From Pelagomonas calceolata (lineage: Eukaryota), in the NCBI GenBank assembly GCA_918797485.1, contig CAKKNE010000004.1, forward strand, positions 3,348,001-3,412,000: a stretch of 64,000 bases of DNA. Reading direction: 5' to 3'. Made by a program: the position numbers and the translations under genes. The notes beneath the pieces are model-generated. The model was not told the DNA's origin. It saw only the letters and a program-made list of their open reading frames with translations, and did not search any database. This document shows, one piece after another, positions 59,777 to 64,000 of the stretch (positions within the stretch are counted from its first letter, which is position 1; each line of letters begins with the position of its first letter).

Positions 59777-61726
59777 CTAGGAAGAAAACGCGACGAATGC
59801 CGGCAGCTGCCGCGCCGCGGCGTATATCTCGGAATGGCACCAGCTTTCCTCGAGGACGCGCGCCTTGGCCGCCGGCGACGCGGCCAGGTCGCCGACGGGC
59901 TTCGGAGAGGCGACTTCGGGGGCGTCGACGTCGTAGAGGCCGTATAAAAGCGCCGCGAGGTCGCGCAGGCCGCCGCCCGCCAATGACGCCGCGTCGACGA
60001 TTAAATCGAACGCGTCGAGGTTGCGGAGCGCGCGGTCGCACTGGCTCCGCGTGACGGCCACGAGGCGGCTGTATTGCATACCGGCCAGCCGCTGCGCGTG
60101 GCGCTGGACGCCGTGCGGGAACGACGCGTTGACGAACGCGTCGAGGTCGTCGAGGTCCTCGTGACGGTCGTAGTACGAGGACCGGACGACGCGCCACGCG
60201 TCCGAGACGACCGTGAAGGCGAAGACCTCGGGCGGGAGCGTCGTCGTCCACATCAGGGTCGGATTCTCGTCGTAGAACTGGCCGTACAGGACGTCCAGTG
60301 CGCCCGCCTTGCCCCTGAACTTCTTCGGCATCGAGCCCCGATTGCGCACGCGCACTTCGCGGAACCTCTTCGGGGCGTAATGCTTGGGGATCTCCTTGCC
60401 GTGACCTTCCACCTGCGACTCCCAGCATGTCAAGCCCCGGTCCTCACAAAGGCCCTGGATCAGGTCTCTCACACGCACGCCGCCGGCCTTGCCGAGGTCC
60501 GTGAACGACACCGACGCGTAGTCCCAGAACGACTTGCGTCGGTGCGCGCTGTCTTGGATCACGCTCGACTTGTATAAACGCTCCTTCGGGCCCGGTGTTT
60601 GGGGGAGGGGCTTCGCTATGAACCGGTCGACGCGATCCAACAGCTCCTGGAACGACGGCCGCTCTTCCGGCTGGCCGCGGCCCGCGAGGCGGATCAGGCC
60701 GCGCAGGAACGCCTTCGACGCCGCGTCCTCGGCCGCGTCCGCGATCGCTGGCAGTAACCACGGCCGATTCGCCACGTCGTAGATGTGGGTTTTGTCGGAT
60801 AGCCGCATACATTTATTGTTGACACATTTCCCGCGGGCCTCGGGCGCGCCGCGCGCCCCGGGCTCGCAGGTCCCCGCGCCGCGGCACGAGTGGTTCTCCT
60901 TCGTGAAGGGGCAGTCCGCGTCCTGCGCACATGTCCTAACGTCGCGGTTCAGCATATTCGCGGCGCCGCGGTGCGGCCAGGTCCTCGCCACGGCCTCGCC
61001 AAGTAAAGAGTCGCCGCGGAGGTGCGGACCGTCGACGAGATAGATCTGGCCGTTTCCATCCAGAGTGAACTGCTCAGCTTTAAAATCGTCCTCGAGAAAG
61101 CCGGCCGCCGTCCACGATTGGAAGCACGCTAACAGTGACCGCGCTAATTGGAGCGGCTGCTTTGCGGCGCGCGTGCGGAACGCGTCCGAGAGCACGGTCG
61201 GCGCCGTGCCAACGCCCTTCGACACGCCCCGGCCGATGCGCTCGCCGCCGTCGCTCAAAACGTAGTAGACGTGCGGCCCGTCGAACCAGCCGCCCAACAA
61301 TTCCGGGACGCCCGGCGCGCCCCTTAACGCCTCGAGGTAGACCAGCTCGAGGTAGATCACGCTGCCGCCCAGGTCCGCGCCCTTCGGCTCTCCTCTGTGC
61401 GGCCCGGACCGGACGCCGATCGCCCGCTTCACAACGACGCTACGACTACCGACGCGTGCACGGAAGACGCGCTTGGCGATACTCTGGTTGCCGATCTCGT
61501 GCCACGGCTGCGGCACGTCCCCGGCCTTGCGGACGGTCCAGTTCGGCGGCGTGAAGGCTTTGCCGCCCTTGTGCGCCGCGCGGTACTCGCGGCTGTGCTG
61601 CTGGAACCACACGTCAATCGCCGCCGCGCGCTCGACGAGCCGCCGGTCTGCCGGTCCTTTTGTGGGCTTCACGTTGGCGCCGGATGCGACGAGCAGCAGG
61701 GCGACCATTATCAGTCGTCGGGCCAT
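59777..61726 (-). CDS. Secreted kinase-like (PKDCC/FAM69-type) domain fused to a degenerate sulfotransferase-like domain
   Basis: Signal peptide; VVVKR, PELLG, DDFKAEQF, IYLVD; then FTDLGKAGG and FTVVSDAWRVVRSSYY. Confidence 0.6.
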   Translation of the reverse strand: MARRLIMVALLLVASGANVKPTKGPADRRLVERAAAIDVWFQQHSREYRAAHKGGKAFTPPNWTVRKAGDVPQPWHEIGNQSIAKRVFRARVGSRSVVVKRAIGVRSGPHRGEPKGADLGGSVIYLELVYLEALRGAPGVPELLGGWFDGPHVYYVLSDGGERIGRGVSKGVGTAPTVLSDAFRTRAAKQPLQLARSLLACFQSWTAAGFLEDDFKAEQFTLDGNGQIYLVDGPHLRGDSLLGEAVARTWPHRGAANMLNRDVRTCAQDADCPFTKENHSCRGAGTCEPGARGAPEARGKCVNNKCMRLSDKTHIYDVANRPWLLPAIADAAEDAASKAFLRGLIRLAGRGQPEERPSFQELLDRVDRFIAKPLPQTPGPKERLYKSSVIQDSAHRRKSFWDYASVSFTDLGKAGGVRVRDLIQGLCEDRGLTCWESQVEGHGKEIPKHYAPKRFREVRVRNRGSMPKKFRGKAGALDVLYGQFYDENPTLMWTTTLPPEVFAFTVVSDAWRVVRSSYYDRHEDLDDLDAFVNASFPHGVQRHAQRLAGMQYSRLVAVTRSQCDRALRNLDAFDLIVDAASLAGGGLRDLAALLYGLYDVDAPEVASPKPVGDLAASPAAKARVLEESWCHSEIYAAARQLPAFVAFSS

Positions 61727-62098
61727 CCTCTCGCATGCAGCCCCTCTTGCTCAAATCGTGCGGCACGGCTGCCCTCGTGCTGCAGCCGTGTAAATCGTGT
61801 GATTTGCCATTGTGCCGACCGCACTATGAGTACGAATTGCGCACGTAAAAGCTATGACGTCGACAATGAATTTTGGTGATACCTAGAGTGTTGCAACTAG
61901 ATCGAAAACGTTGCCGCGTCGTTTGCGTGTTTGTGCGGCGGTCACCACGCGCTGCGCACGCAAAATTACACGCACGAACGCTCACGGCGGCGTGCGCGAG
62001 GCTCGGGCGATGCGGGCTGCGCCGTGACCTCACACAGTGGTACCGTAGCCTAGCCATCAAGCAAAGCAGCCCATACTCACAACGCAGCCATACAACTA

Positions 62099-62632
62099 AT
62101 GGGCTGCTGCACCTCAAAAGTCAATGCGGATCCCGTGTCGACGATTCTCGTCATCGGCCCGGAAAGCGCCGGCAAGACCACGTTGCTCCGGTCCGTCGGC
62201 CGGCGCTGCGCCGGCGCCGACGAGAGCCAGCCGGTCCGGACGATGCCGACGATAGGCCAGGAGGTCGAGTACCTCGAGGCGCCTGGCGCGCGCGTCATGC
62301 TTCAAGAAATCGGGGGCTGCATGGCGCCGACGTGGCCGCGCTACTACGACCGGGCGGCGGCTGTCCTGTTCGTCGTCGACGCGGCGGCGCCGGAGACCTG
62401 GGCCGAGGCGCTCGTTTTGTTAGAGGAGCTGGTCGGGGCCGTGCAGAAGCCCATTGGAGTCGTGCTGAACAAGCTCGACGCGGCCGCGGCGGACGGCGTC
62501 GCCGCGCGCGGGCTCCTCGGCCTCGAGGAGCTGGCCGTGGACGTATTCGAGGGCTCGCTGACGGGGAAAGGCGCCCTCGTCGACGACCTGAAGGGGTTCG
62601 CCCTGGCCGCGCGGCCGCTAAGTATCAAGTAG
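62099..62632 (+). CDS. ARF-like small GTPase (ARL16-like)
   Basis: GPESAGKTT, PTIG, EIGGCMAPTWPRYY, LNKLD; MGCC acylation-type start. Confidence 0.85.
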   Translation: MGCCTSKVNADPVSTILVIGPESAGKTTLLRSVGRRCAGADESQPVRTMPTIGQEVEYLEAPGARVMLQEIGGCMAPTWPRYYDRAAAVLFVVDAAAPETWAEALVLLEELVGAVQKPIGVVLNKLDAAAADGVAARGLLGLEELAVDVFEGSLTGKGALVDDLKGFALAARPLSIK

Positions 62633-62649
62633 TAGTAGCACAGTCTTTC

Positions 62650-64000
62650 TTACATGCCAGTGGCCGCGGCGGCGAGGAAACGCTCCGTCATCTCCCCAAA
62701 GGCCGGCCAACCAGCGAGCCCCTCGGGCGTCGCGGGATATTCGCCGTGCGCGAGGCCGGACGCCGCGTACCAGGCGCCGAGGGGGCCGTGGAGCTCCTGC
62801 AACTCGGCGAGCTCCGGCGCTCCCTCCGGTGCCGCCGCGGGTTCGAGCTCCATCGGCGCGGTCACTTCCTCGGCAGCAGTGGCGATAGGTGGCTGCGCCG
62901 GCGCCGCTTCGGCGACGGGGGTTGATGGCGCCGCGGCGGCCGGCGCCGGGGTGGCCAGCGCCGCGTCCTCACGCTGCAGCGCGAGCGCGATGGCCTCGTC
63001 GCTACTGACCGAGGAGTGCGGGAGCGCCGCCGCCGCGTCCGCGGGAGGCGGGGACGTCGCCGCCGCGGGCGCAGGCGGCGGGGGCGTCGGCGGCGCTGCT
63101 GCGGGCGCCGCGGCGGGCTCGGCGGCCGACGGCTCCTCGAGCGGCTCGAGTTGTTCCGCGCGCCGCGACGCCGTCTTGCCGTCGCCGAAGGTGATCGTGT
63201 ACCAGCTGCCACCGCCCAGCGTCGACTTGCATCGCTGCCCCGTTTCGAGGTCGCGGCACGGGCAGCCCGGAACGCGCAGTTTCGCGGCCTTCGCGTCCCT
63301 CAGCGACTCCCTGACGGCAATCTGCAGGTGGCGGTCCTCGACGCCCGTCGAACGGTCGACGGCGCCCGCGCGCCGCGGCGCCGTGGCCACGAGGTAGCCG
63401 CAGCCCTGCAAATTCCGCGGCACGCCGCCGATCGAAGCCAAAGCGTCGGCCGTGCCCGAGCGCTCGTCGGGCCGGGTCTCGGGCATGCCGGACGCGTCCT
63501 CCTCGTAGGTCGTCAGGACCTCGTCGCCGGGCTTGACGTCCCGCACGAGCTCCCAGCCCCACAACACGGCTTGTCCGCACGTGGCCTCGCGGCCCCGTAA
63601 GGCGCGCCAGGCGACCGTGGGCTGCTTGGCACCTCTAGCTTCGTTGACGAAGAAGGTGCGCGTCGCCACTCTATTTTCTTCGTCTCGAAGCACCATGTAG
63701 CCGTCACCTCCGATGTAGACGTAGTCGAAGGCGCCCAAGCGCTTGTAGCCGTCTCCGACCTTGTGAGCGACGCCCGGGTCCTTGAGCACCGTGCCCTTCT
63801 TTAATCGCTTGGTGAAGAGCACGCCGCGGCCCGCGGCGTCGCTCTGGCGCGCGTCGCCGACGTCGCGCGTCACCTCCGTGCACGCGCCGAGGCGCTCGAA
63901 GAGGCGTTTGGCTTCGGCCGTGGCCGCCTGGTCCTCAACTTCGGGCAGGCCGAGGCGCGCGCGGACCTCGGCCGGCTCCGGCGGCGCCCAAGGGTCCGGC
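62650..64000 (-). CDS. SET-like domain protein with UIM-like motifs (5'-partial)
   Basis: GRGVLFTK..FFVNEA..RDVKPGDEVLTTY; LQIAVRESL and DEAIALALQ. ORF appears open to the window edge. Confidence 0.6.
   Translation of the reverse strand, partial: PDPWAPPEPAEVRARLGLPEVEDQAATAEAKRLFERLGACTEVTRDVGDARQSDAAGRGVLFTKRLKKGTVLKDPGVAHKVGDGYKRLGAFDYVYIGGDGYMVLRDEENRVATRTFFVNEARGAKQPTVAWRALRGREATCGQAVLWGWELVRDVKPGDEVLTTYEEDASGMPETRPDERSGTADALASIGGVPRNLQGCGYLVATAPRRAGAVDRSTGVEDRHLQIAVRESLRDAKAAKLRVPGCPCRDLETGQRCKSTLGGGSWYTITFGDGKTASRRAEQLEPLEEPSAAEPAAAPAAAPPTPPPPAPAAATSPPPADAAAALPHSSVSSDEAIALALQREDAALATPAPAAAAPSTPVAEAAPAQPPIATAAEEVTAPMELEPAAAPEGAPELAELQELHGPLGAWYAASGLAHGEYPATPEGLAGWPAFGEMTERFLAAAATGM

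Overview
Compact, GC-rich, intron-poor eukaryotic nuclear DNA. It is most consistent with a pelagophyte alga such as Pelagomonas or Aureococcus, inferred from introner-type introns, GC-AG introns and bipartite signal peptides. About 40 protein genes are recognisable, including a fibrillin, PhyH dioxygenases, a G-patch/KOW protein, a macro domain protein, an FKBP-TPR-cyclophilin, a NEK kinase, a TylF methyltransferase, an Ldh_2 dehydrogenase, a PTPMT1-like phosphatase, OSCA, a cAMP PDE next to PKA-R, a KMO-like monooxygenase, an S41 peptidase, AK6, a front-end desaturase, UNC-45, an ARL GTPase and a SET protein. Structure beyond the gene list: (1) an oriented ~24-bp dyad motif GCTAGTGTCTTACAGGCCGCTAGC upstream of many genes (~16 copies); (2) a family of TIR-bearing introner elements with 8-bp target duplications, predicted to splice in either orientation; (3) an ~8-kb accessory block (19246-27110) bracketed by two largely synonymously diverged copies of the host gene's last ~36 codons, and encoding a hAT-like DDE transposase with HMG-box, ubiquitin-like, RING-like and zinc-knuckle modules; (4) a candidate bicistronic Romo1/Mgr2 + MSS51-like locus; (5) two 5'-truncated genes joined head-to-head. 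All calls come from manual reading of the sequence; no searches were run.
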